DNA of 64,000 nucleotides from NCBI GenBank assembly GCA_965644295.1, contig CBFFRP010000077.1, forward strand, positions 183,943-247,942, given 5' to 3'. The notes under the pieces were generated by a model. The model made no database searches, was not told the origin of the DNA, and worked only from the letters and a program-made list of their open reading frames with translations. Below, in pieces: positions 48,670 to 61,605 of this stretch (the first letter of the stretch is position 1; every line of letters starts with the position of its first letter). Origin of the DNA: Paraphysomonas bandaiensis (lineage: Eukaryota; Protista; Chrysophyceae). The position numbers and the translations under genes are program-made.

Positions 48670-51600
48670 TTACGGATTGCTACCAGTCCGTCTCTCTGCT
48701 GCAGATTGGAGTATACTCTGGAGTCGGCCCTGATCACTCTCATCCAAGTTTCTCTGCAGTTGATTGAAAAGATCGGGGTCGCGATTGTGTGCATTATTCA
48801 TAGTGTCGCAAAACATTAACACCATGTCCATAGAATCTAAAGGTGTCACAACTTCATCGTCTTCATCCATATCATCGTCACCAAACTCATTGTATTTGCT
48901 GTGACCTGCAAGCTCAGCCATTACTTCCAGGTACTCCTCATCTTCTACGTTCACACAGTCCTCATCCTCATCGTAGCCCTCTTCTGGAATCACTACCTTT
49001 CCAGCCTTCTTAAGAGTACTTTTGCTAGTTCCTCCTCCAGGTGCGCTGTCAGCTTCGTCATCGTATTCCTCATCAGAGTCGTCCTCTCCATTCTCACTGT
49101 CCGAACCATCCTCATCCAATGTAGACAACACGCGTACCAGCATGCTCATGATAGGTTGTAGATTCATCTGAACGAAGGGTGGAAGCACATCACGAGGCAA
49201 TGCTAGAAGGCTACAAAACACGATTAGTAACAGACAGTGTCTCAAGACTCCATTACTCACGAGCTGAAGGCCGCAATAATTAGTCGCTGCATCGATGATG
49301 CATGCATCACAGGAATGTTGTCAAAAAGCAGTTGGAATATGGACGCCTCTGTGGAACTATCGGTCTGATAAAAATCTTAAAACTTTGATCCAAGGCTATC
49401 ATTATCACTGTCATACCTTGAACATTGCACATGCACCTTCCGGATTATAAACAATTACCGCCAACACCACCCCAAGAAGCCGACATGTAAGGCCATTTTT
49501 GGTACAGTGCGGGAGTCTCCCCATAACCAACTGCCAGAAAATTTAATTTAAAATTTAGTGCAATGACGAAAAAGTACCATCATTATGGGGCCAATGAGGT
49601 CATCAATATACCCTTTACAGCAGGACACTACACAGGTGAGAAGAGTAGCAGCTGTTTTGGCCTCGAGTTCGATCTCACTCCTAAAAAAATTAAAAAGAGT
49701 GTTAAACTATTCACAATCATACTTGTCTTCTTTTAAAACTTTCTCGCATATTCTTAGCAACATTGCAATATACGGCTCTCCGTTGAACGATCCTTGAAGA
49801 AATGACCCTGTGTCCTGTACAACACTATAGTTACAAGTGCACTACAATTGCTTCTGAAGTTTTACCTTGGCGATGAGGTTCATGATAGGCCCAGACATCT
49901 CACGCATGTAGTCAATTGCCCATTGATCCAAGGCGTTCACCATAGGACCAAATATCTCCCACAGGCGCTGCAAAACTTCTCAGTCACGGAGAAAAACAAA
50001 CTTATATACGTACCGGGCTAATGCTCTCCGGGTAATATGTCACATAGGAAAGAATCTCTATCGCGCTGTCAACATACTCAATACCGTCGTCCCCACTTGC
50101 AAATATCCTTTTGGAAAAATAGAAGACGTCACTACAGCTCACAAAGAATTGATGGTCAGAGAACTTACTTGTATACCAGTGGCGACAAAAGCTGTTCCAT
50201 TCCTGCCACCGATACAGGGTCCTCCTTGACCACCTACACGTGTATATAAGTTCAAGTAGTGAAGTAGGTCCAAGAGAAATATACCTCGAGGACAGCTGTA
50301 ATGGTATCTAGACACTGGCAGGCCCCAAAGGCTGCTTCATCATCATCCTCCCCAGCAGTAGAGTATTGAGCGTATGCTTCAAGGAGTTGACTTGTGATGA
50401 GACCAGCTATCTCGCGTACTTCATCACCAAATTGCAGCACGATGGCCTATTTCAAAACATTTATAAACCTTCTTCACTGCATATGATAGCATACTTGCAA
50501 CGCGCCGATGACAACATCGCTCTCGATCTCGGACATGATTCTGAAGTACTCATTCACAACATCTTCACATGACACTGATTACTACACATACACAATACAA
50601 AGCAGAAACGCACCAAATAGCACCGGTCTGATGAGCTCTTTGGCCCCGTCCGCATGAATCATAAGCCTACATCAGGTGTCAGCAGAACGGACAACATTCG
50701 CCGCATCTATCACCTTAGTGAGCATGCAGCAGCGGCTTGAACTGGAAGTGCTGGGTCCCTGAGACCACTCAGCAGCCCCTGAGATTTCATTACTTGCGTT
50801 TCACTATGCAATCTTGCGACCACTAACCTGTAGGATGCTCTGAGTAGTTGACTGTTTCTTCCACTCCATCTCGCTAAAGTATTCAACCACCCAGCATGCG
50901 CGGGCTCGCAAGAAACCTACTGGAGACTACACGCAGTATTACTCATCAGCTCCTCATCGATATAAATACAAACCTGAAACTCAGGGATAATAAAGTTGAC
51001 AATGATAGCCTCAATCTGGTTGCGGTAAGGCTTCTTTTCTTGGAGGATCTACAAGCTTCATTGTCAACTGGTAGTCTCGAAAAACAATCACTCGCACCTT
51101 AGACACCCCTGCAATGGCAACAATTGCGGCTTCTTTGCTCTTGTGGTCTTTCATATGTGGTGGTGCTTGGGCATAATCCTCTAATATACCTACAGTGGAT
51201 AGTGGAAACTTAGCTAGCATTAACGACCACCACTCTAACTCACGTTGCAGATGTGGCATCAGTTTCGGGAGGGTGTCTTTAAGTCTGTATCTGGCTAGAG
51301 TCTGCAATGCACGATAAGTACTATCGTAATTTGTTATTTCATCTAACCTGGAGAAGATTGATGGCAGCGTTTCTAGGATCTAGCCAATCTTCCAGAGGGT
51401 TATGAACCTGTAGATAATGGAAGCATATGACAAAAAGCACAGTACGTCGCCCATATACAGTCTACCTTTCTTATATATTCAGCAGGATCATCTTCAAACA
51501 AGCTAAATACATAGTGTGAGCGCAAAATTGACTCATCGATATAAAGCTCACGTCATATCTGCCTCAGACAGGCTGAGTGTTGGGTATATCACTCCAAACA

Positions 51601-52860
51601 GCAAAAAATCCATGTGAGGCTTGAGAATTTTATAGGTGGGACTCATCTCAACAGAGTTTAGCACATAGGTGATGCAGTTTAGATGCACAATATCGGTGAC
51701 AAATACACCCCGGGACTTGGCTATGAGGGTGTTAACCACGGGCTCTAAAAGAAGTTTGGCGGTGTTGTCTCTGAAATACTCTGCAAAAGCTTTGTTTTCA
51801 TCCCCACAGTATCGGGGGTTGCCGTATCGTTGAATAAATCTAGTAATAATGCGGGACACCCACTTCTTCATCTAAGCACATCACACACGAATAGTCAACA
51901 ACTCTCCAAATCGCATTTGCACAAATACATGGTCAAACTAAATTCGGTGTTCAGTGTACCTTCCACCAGGGCCATGCGTTTCGATCTTCAATACTTTCAG
52001 GCTGTCCGGCCGGTTCTAGTCCTTCCGACGCCTCAGGAAGAGGTTTACTAAGCAGTGTAGCCAGCACATGGAACCACAAATTAACATCTACCCCCTGTAC
52101 CTGAGGCAGTGCGTATTGTGTGGCCGAGTAAAAGATCTTGAGGCACATACGCTGCACCTGCGCAGCCTCTATGGAATTGTTTTCCAGAATCTGAGTCATT
52201 AATTGCTGTAGGTACGGAAAGGACGCACGAACGATGTCATGAAGTGGCTCTCTTTCCTCTCTATCAGTATGTTAATATTCGAAATGTCGATAGATTTAGG
52301 ACATCCAAACTCAGTAACACTTACTTGTGCTTATACTCGTAGCGTTTCACAAGTTTCCTCATAGCAAGAAGGGCATTGTACATCTTGAGCACATCCGACG
52401 TTTGGATATTCGCCAGTAGTGTCGGAACAAGGGATGGCCAGCTGTTAGACAAATACAATTGTTATGTAACGAACATATAGTCAAAACAATCGTTTCACCT
52501 TTGCGGAAAATCATACATCGCAATATTCCGTATTGTTTCCGCCAGCATACCACGTACAGAATTATCTGTTTCAACAAGTAAAATATCCACTAGTAATGCT
52601 TTAGAGTTTTCTTTTTCTTCTAATGAAATGGGTAAATTCGGCTCATCTGGACGCCAAAATTCACCAGCTTTATTTTTCATAACAATAGAAGCTGATTGAC
52701 GAAGTTCTCTAGGAACATTTTGATCTTGAACAAATCCAAGAAGAGAATAAAATGCTCCATGATTATGTAAATATGCTGATAGAGCAGATTCAGCTTCTTG
52801 TCGTAATGATGGATTAGGATTATATGTATTGACTAGTATCTGTTGTAGCATATTATCCAT
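48670..52860 (-). CDS. Importin-7/8 (SAD2/Nmd5-like) karyopherin, many exons
   Basis: IBN_N (LRQEAESAL, RQSASIVMKN, IAMYDFP), WPWWK/KKW...RFIQRYGNP, FEDDPAEYIRK, acidic C-terminus with TPLD. Confidence 0.92.
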
Positions 52861-53065
52861 ACGTAGTTTGGATCTCTGCGGGATGCTAAGACGAGAAGGA
52901 GAACGTGATATGGTATCTATATAGATGTGAGGTAAGTAGAGGAGGTGGTTATGGTGGAAGATGCTATAAGTATGGCGACAAGAGAGTGAAGATGTTAATG
53001 GTGCTCATATCCCTACCATCCATATACAGGAATACATACTGCTGTACATAGATATAAACCTACCG

Positions 53066-53304
53066 TACATACATACATACAGCTGTACATACATACATAC
53101 ATACATACATACATACATACATACATACATACATACATACATACATACATACATACATACATACATACATACATACATACATACATACATACATACATAC
53201 ATACATACATACATACATACATACATACATACATACATACATACATACATACATACATACATACATACATACATACATACATACATACATACATACATAC
53301 ATAC
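53066..53304. repeat. (TACA)n microsatellite with one CAGCTG interruption
   Basis: Read directly from the sequence. Confidence 0.98.
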
Positions 53305-53474
53305 CAACCGACCTACCTCTACCTACAGCAGTACCTACAGTACTGTGTACATAGATAATACACATACATACATATGTATACATGTATTTTCTGCTATTGT
53401 GTATATGAACTTTATGTGTAAGGATCACTCTTATGATATACATGAACACATATATACACACCTGCTGCGGTACA

Positions 53475-55349
53475 ATGAGCGGATCATCGTCAACTAACAT
53501 GTGGGGATGGCTTGAACAAGCTTCGAGTCAAGCAAAAGATTTAATGTCACAGGCACAAGAGGGTATAAACGAGTTATCAAAACAAGCTGTAGAAATACAA
53601 AAAAATTATGAAGCAGAAAGACAAGCGAGTATACGTAAGGCTACAGAGAGTAATACATCATTAAAACCAGCTCAATCAGCTCCTCGAGAACCTGTTAAAC
53701 TTGAAGACTTGGATTTTACATATGTAACTGAGAACGTAGTGGGTATGGGGTTTCCATTTGATCCGGCTAAACGGAAAAATAATCGTGGGAATAGAGTGGA
53801 TGATGTTGCTGACTATCTTCGTCGTAGTCATGGTGGTCATTTTATGATATGGAACATCAGTGAAGATACATACGACTACTCGATGTTCGCAGACCAAGTG
53901 TTAGAGTATAAATTTCCAGGTCATCCAGCACCCCCTCTGGGACTAATGTTCAAGATGTGCACATCTATGGAAAGCTGGTTGGATGCCGACTCTAGGAATA
54001 TTGCTGTAGTGCATTGCCTTACGGGAAAGGGTAGAACTGCTGTAGTACTGGCGTGTGTGTTAACTTGGATTGGTGAGTTTTCCTCACCGATGGAGTCTTT
54101 ATCCTACGTCGCGGATCGCAAGGGATTAACTGTTGACACCCTGACCATCCCCTCTCAACGCCGGTACATACAGTACTTTTCGAATGTTTTAGATGGGGTA
54201 CGACCTCGGGCCGAGCCTCTGCTTCTGCGACGGGTGATTATGAATGGCGTTCCGCGTTACGGGGGGGAAGGTGATGCCGCTGGATGCTGTCCCTACCTAC
54301 AATTATTTAAGAATGGTCGTATCATCGCAAATGCGGTTATAGCGGCGCCTGCGTCCTCTGAACCAACAAAGAGTCAGGACGTTCGGTGGTTGAACTGCAC
54401 TGAGGGTTCTGTATCATTTCAGGTGGACTGCATGGTGCAGGGTGACCTTCTACTCCGCTGCCGACACTTGGAGGTAGCTTCAGGGGCACGAGTTAGCATG
54501 TTCCGGACAGCCTTTCACACAGGCTACGTTCCTAGTGGGGTCTTGCGACTGACAAAGGCACAGCTAGATGGTCCTAATACTGATGATCGCTATGGTGATG
54601 ATTTTTTTATCGATCTCATATTTGCCCCTGTGGAACGTTCATCCGAGGCTTCCAAGAGTGGCGAATCAGGCAAAACTTCTGACTCTGGTATATCTTTAGA
54701 TCCTGCTTTTTCGGATAAGTTCGAGCAAATGTTACACCGAGACACACGATTCTGGGAGTCTGTAAGTGCCAGAAAGGCTCGAGCAAAGCGGCGAAAGAGC
54801 AGAAAGTTTGTCTCAGAGTCTGCTGAAAAGTTTAGCATATTCGATGACATCCCTAATCGCTCTACACAACTACGAGAAGAGGATGAGGATGAGGTGGTAT
54901 TTTCCGCGCAGTTGAGCAGTTCTGCTGCTGGTGCTGGCGGCATCAGTGACGATGACCTCATCAAACAGCTGGCCGAGGCAGAAAACGATGATGTGGTTAT
55001 GGTTGGATCCCAGGGGCAAGGAGGGAGTGATACAGATTCCTTCGTCAAAGCCGACCCTAATTCGTCCCCTTCTTCAACAGGAAAGTCGCATACTTTGTCT
55101 ACAGGTTCTGTATCTTCGTCGCAAACAGCCAGTCAACAGTCGAAGGAAGGAGGGTCCTCTGCTAGTTTAGAGTTGAAAGCTCTAGAGGACTTGGAGAAGG
55201 AACTTGGCTTGGACCTTAGCACATGTGAGACAATCAACGATACAGATAGTGCGGTAAAGCCAAGTGGAGACAGGCCAGTCGCGTCACCCAGTCTTGACGA
55301 TTTGGAAGACTTTCTTGAGAGCTTGAATACAAGTGGTGGCACATCGTAG
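53475..55349 (+). CDS. PTEN/tensin-type phosphatase + C2 domain protein
   Basis: LDFTYVTENVVGMGFP, VHCLTGKGRT (CX5R), IPSQRRYIQYF, MFRTAFHTGY, LTKAQLD. Confidence 0.9.
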   Translation: MSGSSSTNMWGWLEQASSQAKDLMSQAQEGINELSKQAVEIQKNYEAERQASIRKATESNTSLKPAQSAPREPVKLEDLDFTYVTENVVGMGFPFDPAKRKNNRGNRVDDVADYLRRSHGGHFMIWNISEDTYDYSMFADQVLEYKFPGHPAPPLGLMFKMCTSMESWLDADSRNIAVVHCLTGKGRTAVVLACVLTWIGEFSSPMESLSYVADRKGLTVDTLTIPSQRRYIQYFSNVLDGVRPRAEPLLLRRVIMNGVPRYGGEGDAAGCCPYLQLFKNGRIIANAVIAAPASSEPTKSQDVRWLNCTEGSVSFQVDCMVQGDLLLRCRHLEVASGARVSMFRTAFHTGYVPSGVLRLTKAQLDGPNTDDRYGDDFFIDLIFAPVERSSEASKSGESGKTSDSGISLDPAFSDKFEQMLHRDTRFWESVSARKARAKRRKSRKFVSESAEKFSIFDDIPNRSTQLREEDEDEVVFSAQLSSSAAGAGGISDDDLIKQLAEAENDDVVMVGSQGQGGSDTDSFVKADPNSSPSSTGKSHTLSTGSVSSSQTASQQSKEGGSSASLELKALEDLEKELGLDLSTCETINDTDSAVKPSGDRPVASPSLDDLEDFLESLNTSGGTS

Positions 55350-56704
55350 TGTACTATGCATGCTGCATTAGATGATTGTAGCACTCAGTATGATATCGTA
55401 GGTAGCAGGAGTTCATATATTGTTTAAAGGTGTTTTTCGTTATAATTCCCTTACTGTGGTTTGGCTAATAAGAACATTGTATTTCTAGTATAGTGTAAAC
55501 TTAGATGTATTTGTCTGACAATACTACATACATATATATATTCACAATGAAATCAATACACGAACGGCTACGGTGCAGTATTCTCTGCAATCATAGGAAA
55601 GTATACAAGGTACTCATAAAGAAGCATGATATCTTAGCTAGGTAGCAGGAGTTGATATTTATGAGTTTTGCTTCTTGGTAAGAAATTAAAAGTTGCTTTA
55701 AAGTTTTGTGAATAGTGACCGTTACTTGAAGAATACAGAAGTTTAAAACTCTAAAACAGTATCACATGAATTAAAATAATATTATTAACGCCAGTGAAAC
55801 TAAAGTATATTGGCTGTATAATATCATAACTATCTAAGACAATATTGGTTAAAGACAATAAATGATGAGAGGTGATCATAACTTTAAGTTATTGCTTATC
55901 GAGTAATAAATTTGCACCCTCATTTGTTAGGAAAAGAGACGATGCATCATTTCAGGTTTCTAATGTGGTACTGATGTGGTGTCATGACATGAAAGGCCCA
56001 AATGTGGACAAAGATGTCGATACAGTCCTTCTATCATTCCAGCTCAGATAGGGATCATTTGAATCGAAAAAAGATGAAGTATACTCTCATATGCATCCTA
56101 TGAGCACACTATGTGCTCAACACTTAACAGAGGCTTCAACAACAACAACAACGAGCAGATTACTTGAACGCTAGGCTGAATGTATACAACATATGAGTGT
56201 ATCATATTGCACTTACAACACTATGATATCAATTGATCGGATGAATAGAAGAGTGTATTAGCATACTTCAAGAGCATAACCCTAAGGCTCCGATGTTGTC
56301 ACATGACAATGATCGAGTTAAAGCAACAAGAGGAGCTACTGTCTGCTGGGCTGAAGAAGATATTGAAAAGATTCGAAAACCCATCTTTTATAGTATGTTT
56401 TCTTTGACGAAAACCAAAAAGCTTTGTTTTGACAACTCAAAAGCCAGTTTTTGTGTACTTTATGTACAGCAGTTATTACAAGTGTGCACCTTGTGTACTA
56501 TGTCTGTGTGTCGTCTGTCTGTCTGTAAATGTATGTATGTATGTGTACCGTGTATGTATATGTATGTATGTGTATGTATGTGTATGTATATGTATGTACA
56601 TGTGCTGTTGTATATCGTGTAGAGATCTAGACGCATGGCTATATCTCTGAATATATAGATATTAACAGGTCACTGTGTTATATTTACACACCTACCTACC
56701 AATA

Positions 56705-58690
56705 ATGTCAACAGACCTACGATACCCTCATTGGTGCATCCAGGGCCCTGTCGTAGACGGAATCACCCCCTGGGTCCCTATGTGGAGATATGACTCAGAT
56801 ATGCTAGAGAAGAGTTTCCTGCACTCTCATAACAATGAAACTATTGTTTTTGTAGAAAATAGAACATGTCGAGCTGATATTAATCAACGAGAAGTATCAT
56901 CATGTTATGAACTAGATACACCCACACGGAAATTAATAAGAGGGACATGGTTTTATTATAGTGCATCATCGAAAGCCTTCTATCCGTTCAATGAGAGTGT
57001 TGCAGCACGTATTGAGTCATGGTTTCAAGGGGTTAAGGCTGCAGCTGCTTCTGATTCAAAAGAATCATTTCGAGCGGAAATGGAGATATCAGTTACTCTC
57101 TCTCATAGGCCTGGAACAGATTCAGCTAAGTATCGTCTACAAGCCTCAAGGGAACCGGTTGTGGGAGACTCAAAACTTCCAGAAGGATTAATTGACGGCT
57201 TTAGTGTGACAATGAAGTCGCTTTCAATGTCTCTTAATGATATTTTTACTGGTACTATTCAGCTCCAACGTGGCATCGCTGTACCTGTGGATCCAGAGGA
57301 AAGATGGAGTGGTTCAGATGTGAACCACCTCGTATTTGTAGTTCATGGTATCGGTCAGTCCTTCTTTGCTAATACAGAGTCTTCCTTTCGGAATAATGTA
57401 GCGAGTCTGAGAAAATTAGTACTAGAGCAACATGAGGAGTTCATGGTTCTAGAAGCAGCGGCCCAGGCGACCACACCTGGAACTGTAGTTAAACCTCCTT
57501 CGACTGCAACGTCTTCGAGTGGTAGCGGTAAGGTAGTCACACCGTGCGCTGTTTCGGACTCTCCCCCGCCACCTCCTGACCGCTCCAGAATGGAATTTAT
57601 TCGTATCGACTGGTTCGATGTTATGCGATCTGCAGAGATGGGGTTGGACGACGAGTTGGCGAAAGTAACAATGCCCAATCTACAGGTGGTTAGACAACTT
57701 GCGAATGAGGTAGTGCTGGACGTACTTTTGTATCTCACACCTGAGTTCAGAGAAAAGATAATCACTACGGTATGCGAGCGTATGAATATGATGTATCTTA
57801 GGTTTTGTGAGAATAACCCTTCATTTTTGGACTCCGGTGGAAAATGTTCTGTGGTTGGACACTCCCTTGGAACTATAATATTATACGATATCCTGGCCTG
57901 TCAGACAGCAGATATGAGGGGTAGGGTACCATTATTTCCCTGTATATTTTCACAGTTTATTGTGTTCATAGATTCTCCGATGAGTTTAGCTTTTCGACCG
58001 CAATCTTTTTTTGCCTTGGGTTCTCCACTGGGTTTGTTTCTAACAATTCGCAACAGCGCAGTCCACCAGCGTGCGCAATTGAACCGCCCTGTGTCATCTT
58101 CGGAGGACTCCTCTTCTGATCCCCTACCATCCGCCCCTCCACTGGGCCTAAGTTCTCTTCGTTCAGCTGATGTACCAACAATTTCTCCTAATTTCACGTT
58201 TCCCACATGCAGTAGGTTCTATAATATCTTTCATCCCCATGACCCTGTGGCTTACAGAGTGGAACCTCTGCTCGATCCTCAGCTGCAGTCTCGAAGTCCT
58301 GCCATAGTACCTCATCATGACGGGGGATTTCGCGTGCATTATAAGATAAAGAATATAGCGACACAACTCTCAGACACGTTTACTTCGGTGCTCAACCCAT
58401 CCGCCTGGTTTCAGTCAACAGTTAACACAGTAGCGCAACAGCAGCAGCAGATAGTGACCTCCGCAAGTGCCCCTGTAGCTGTAGCTGATGTAACATCATC
58501 TAAGCGGAAACAAGAAATGTGTAAAGTGGAGATACCACATGTACCTTTGAATGGGGGAAGAAGGATTGATTTCATGCTACAAGAAACTTCTTTAGAAGGT
58601 GCTACCGAGTATATAGGGACGCTCACGAGTCATACAGGATACTTTGATATGAAAGATGTAGCTAGATTCATTGCTGTTAATTTATCGTAA
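56705..58690 (+). CDS. DDHD-domain intracellular phospholipase A1
   Basis: RGTWF, HLVFVVHGIG, GHSLG, FALGSPLGLFL, NIFHPHDPVAYRVEP, RIDFMLQE, SHTGY; probable in-frame intron ~57921-57971. Confidence 0.92.
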   Translation: MSTDLRYPHWCIQGPVVDGITPWVPMWRYDSDMLEKSFLHSHNNETIVFVENRTCRADINQREVSSCYELDTPTRKLIRGTWFYYSASSKAFYPFNESVAARIESWFQGVKAAAASDSKESFRAEMEISVTLSHRPGTDSAKYRLQASREPVVGDSKLPEGLIDGFSVTMKSLSMSLNDIFTGTIQLQRGIAVPVDPEERWSGSDVNHLVFVVHGIGQSFFANTESSFRNNVASLRKLVLEQHEEFMVLEAAAQATTPGTVVKPPSTATSSSGSGKVVTPCAVSDSPPPPPDRSRMEFIRIDWFDVMRSAEMGLDDELAKVTMPNLQVVRQLANEVVLDVLLYLTPEFREKIITTVCERMNMMYLRFCENNPSFLDSGGKCSVVGHSLGTIILYDILACQTADMRGRVPLFPCIFSQFIVFIDSPMSLAFRPQSFFALGSPLGLFLTIRNSAVHQRAQLNRPVSSSEDSSSDPLPSAPPLGLSSLRSADVPTISPNFTFPTCSRFYNIFHPHDPVAYRVEPLLDPQLQSRSPAIVPHHDGGFRVHYKIKNIATQLSDTFTSVLNPSAWFQSTVNTVAQQQQQIVTSASAPVAVADVTSSKRKQEMCKVEIPHVPLNGGRRIDFMLQETSLEGATEYIGTLTSHTGYFDMKDVARFIAVNLS

Positions 58691-59938
58691 TCATTCCACG
58701 GTGCATTTTATGGTGTAGAGTTTAGCTTCAGTGATATGAATGGTCTAGTACTTTGTGAGGCTTGGGTCACCATATTGAGCGGTGATTTTTTAATTCAGCC
58801 ACCAAGTATGATTGAACTTCTAGTTTAGTTTACGGCACATAGAGGCCATATGTACTAAATAAACAAGAGTGGCTTCCTGAAAAAAATCTAGGAAATCAAT
58901 GTAATAAATTGGTGTTTGCTTTATATGGTCGTGAAACTGACGCGACCTATAATATAAATAAAGCCAAGCATGTGTTGACTTATCTACTCCTCTTCCCTCC
59001 ATGTTTGCAATTTTAAGATTGATTATTGATTATTTGAACATTTTGTTTCTCAATTTTACGATATACATACTGGAAAGCAAGATTATTTGATATTCACGCT
59101 ACAATTATTACAACGTATGATTTCACGCCGCGAAATATCGAAATCGAGAGATTAAATACCAAAATCAAAATATTACGAAAAGAATAAAATGAATAATCGA
59201 ATATACTGGCAGAAAAATCATCTGACAATAAAGAAAATGAACTTTGTATTTGATATCTATCCATTCCATGTGGACCCGCCTTCAGAGTTACGCTGATCAC
59301 CTTTGAAGTACCTCTTGAAGTTAGATGGTACATAAGGCCATGCTATATAGCCTACACACCACTCTTATGTTATATATATTATTGTATATACTAACCCACA
59401 GCTGCTATAGGAATAGCATACATAATAGACCGCATCCAGATGTTTCCATAGGATTTGCGTATGAAACTTTTAACTGTTCCAAGTTTCTCTTCTTTGTTCA
59501 TTGATTGTGATAAATATGATATGTTTAGATATGATAATGTGTGTGTTTAATAGAGATGAGCAGATGAGGATGAGAGACAGCTATATGTATGTATGTATAT
59601 AGAGGATGTGTGGAGATGTGTATCATGAATCTGCATATCGCTCTGTGAAGTTGAAGATAGGAATATTCCAACTAACTTCGAACATAAAACTGAAAACTGA
59701 AAAGGACTCAAATAGATACGGCGGTAGAGAATACGAGAATACATTCTTGTATATATCCCACCCAATACCACCAACCATCTACTTTTCAAGTCTACAAAAC
59801 TGAAATATGTGCCTTCACAAGATATGTTAACTTCGGATGGAGTTGTGAGGTTTTATATGACTATATGTTTGATTGAGAGTTAAAGAGGCTCCTCTTACTG
59901 CTTATTACTTTGTGGAGGTAGATTATATAGCAATAATC

Positions 59939-60636
59939 ATGGGAAGAAGTAAGTTTGATAATAAAATTGTGTATTGTAAATTATTTTGTGCTTATCTACA
60001 TGTATAGGACCAGCTCGTTGCTCTCGCTTTCAGAAGAACAAGCCTTACATCAAGTCCAGATTTTGCAGAGGTGTCCCCGATGCTAAGATCAGGATCTTTG
60101 ATTGTGGTGCAAAGAAGGCTTCTGTGGACTTGTTCCCCTTTGTCTGCCACTTAGTGTCTGACGAGAAGGAGCAGCTCACATCTGCTGCTCTTGAGGCTGC
60201 TCGTGTTGCTTGCAACAAGTACATGATCAAGACTGGTGGCAAGGACACTTTCCACATCAGATGCAGACCTCATCCTTTCCACGTTCTGCGTCAGAATAAA
60301 ATGCTTTCATGTGCAGGTGCCGATCGTCTGTCATCTGGTATGCGTGGATCTTATGGTAAGCCCATGGAGATGTCCGCACGCATTGCCATCGGACAGATCA
60401 TCTTTTCTATCCGTACCAAGGATGCTCTTGCCAAGAACGCCATCGAGGCACTTCGCCGTGCCAAGTTTAAGTTCCCTGGTAGACAGAAGGTGATGAGATC
60501 TAACAACTGGGGCTTCACTCCCTATGACAGAGCCGACTACGCCAAGGGGCGCAAGGAGGGATGGATCCAGGCTGATGGCAACATCGCCAAGTACATCTCC
60601 AAGCATGGCAGACTCTCTGAGAATAACTGCATTTAA
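59939..60636 (+). CDS. RPL10: 60S ribosomal protein L10 (uL16), one intron after MGR
   Basis: MGRRPARC...[41 protein letters not shown]. Confidence 0.98.
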
Positions 60637-61285
60637 GCAAATGCCTGGTAGCTCTTTTTGGTGGGATAAACTGTCATGTCTGTACATTGCTGCTTGATAA
60701 GTTGTCTGGCCTGTGGTTTTGCTAAAAATGATATCCTTCGCTTCACAAATTTTTGAACTATTCTTTATAGCCTCAAGTGGGTGACACTGGCTGTAGTTAG
60801 CGTGTAGCGTGTGTTTCTCGTGCTACTAGAGAAGAGAATAGCTCTACTGTTCAATGAATTAGCGCATATGAAACGAAAATGACGGGGGGGAGTGTAACGT
60901 GTTTCACTTGACATTAACATCCTCACCAAGGTTTCGCTGTACATTGTTCTCTTTTTTTGATATTATTGAAGCATTCTGTAAAAAGTTAATGGCTGCCACA
61001 CCTCTCATTCTGAAAGCGATAAAGCCACTTTACTTTCGAGGAGGAGTAGTAAAAAAACGGGGAGGAGAGGACAAGGGCAAGCCTTTTTCTACCCCACTGC
61101 CCCTCAAGGGGCCTCTTCTCTTCGAGTGTTTCCAATTACAACCTTCGGTTGTAATTCCTTCTCTTTGCTAATTTAACTTTATATATTTTTAATTACTTTA
61201 TATATTATTAATAACTTTTAATTACTTTATATATTATTTATATTCTTAAATAAAATTAATAACTTTATATATTATTTATAATGTT

Positions 61286-61468
61286 TATAATAAAAAGTAA
61301 TATAGATAACAAAGTAGATTTAATAAGTAGATTTAATAGTAGATATAGAGAGAGGGAAAAATTAAAATGAAAAATAATTTAAATTTGTAAAGGTTGTAAA
61401 ACCCCGGGATTCTACCATTAAAACTACTTATTAAATCTACTTTGTTATCTATATGACTTTTTTATAAT
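61286..61468. repeat. ~58-bp imperfect inverted repeat with a 30-bp perfect core
   Basis: tatagataacaaagtagatttaataagtag (61301-61330) vs ctacttattaaatctactttgttatctata (61424-61453). Confidence 0.9.
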
Positions 61469-61605
61469 AATGTATAATGGCAATGCTTAAAGCTCTGGAA
61501 TGTAGTTGTAGTGATATAATGGCGAAGCTTTAAGCAAAAACTCATAAAACCTTGAATTCTAATTTAAATATAGAATATAATAATGTAATGCTATATTATA
61601 TATAG

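Noticed and set aside
54590-55048. Long antisense ORFs overlapping real genes (also 45809-46216, 57355-57765, 60331-60687)
   Set aside because: Shadow frames of well-supported coding regions
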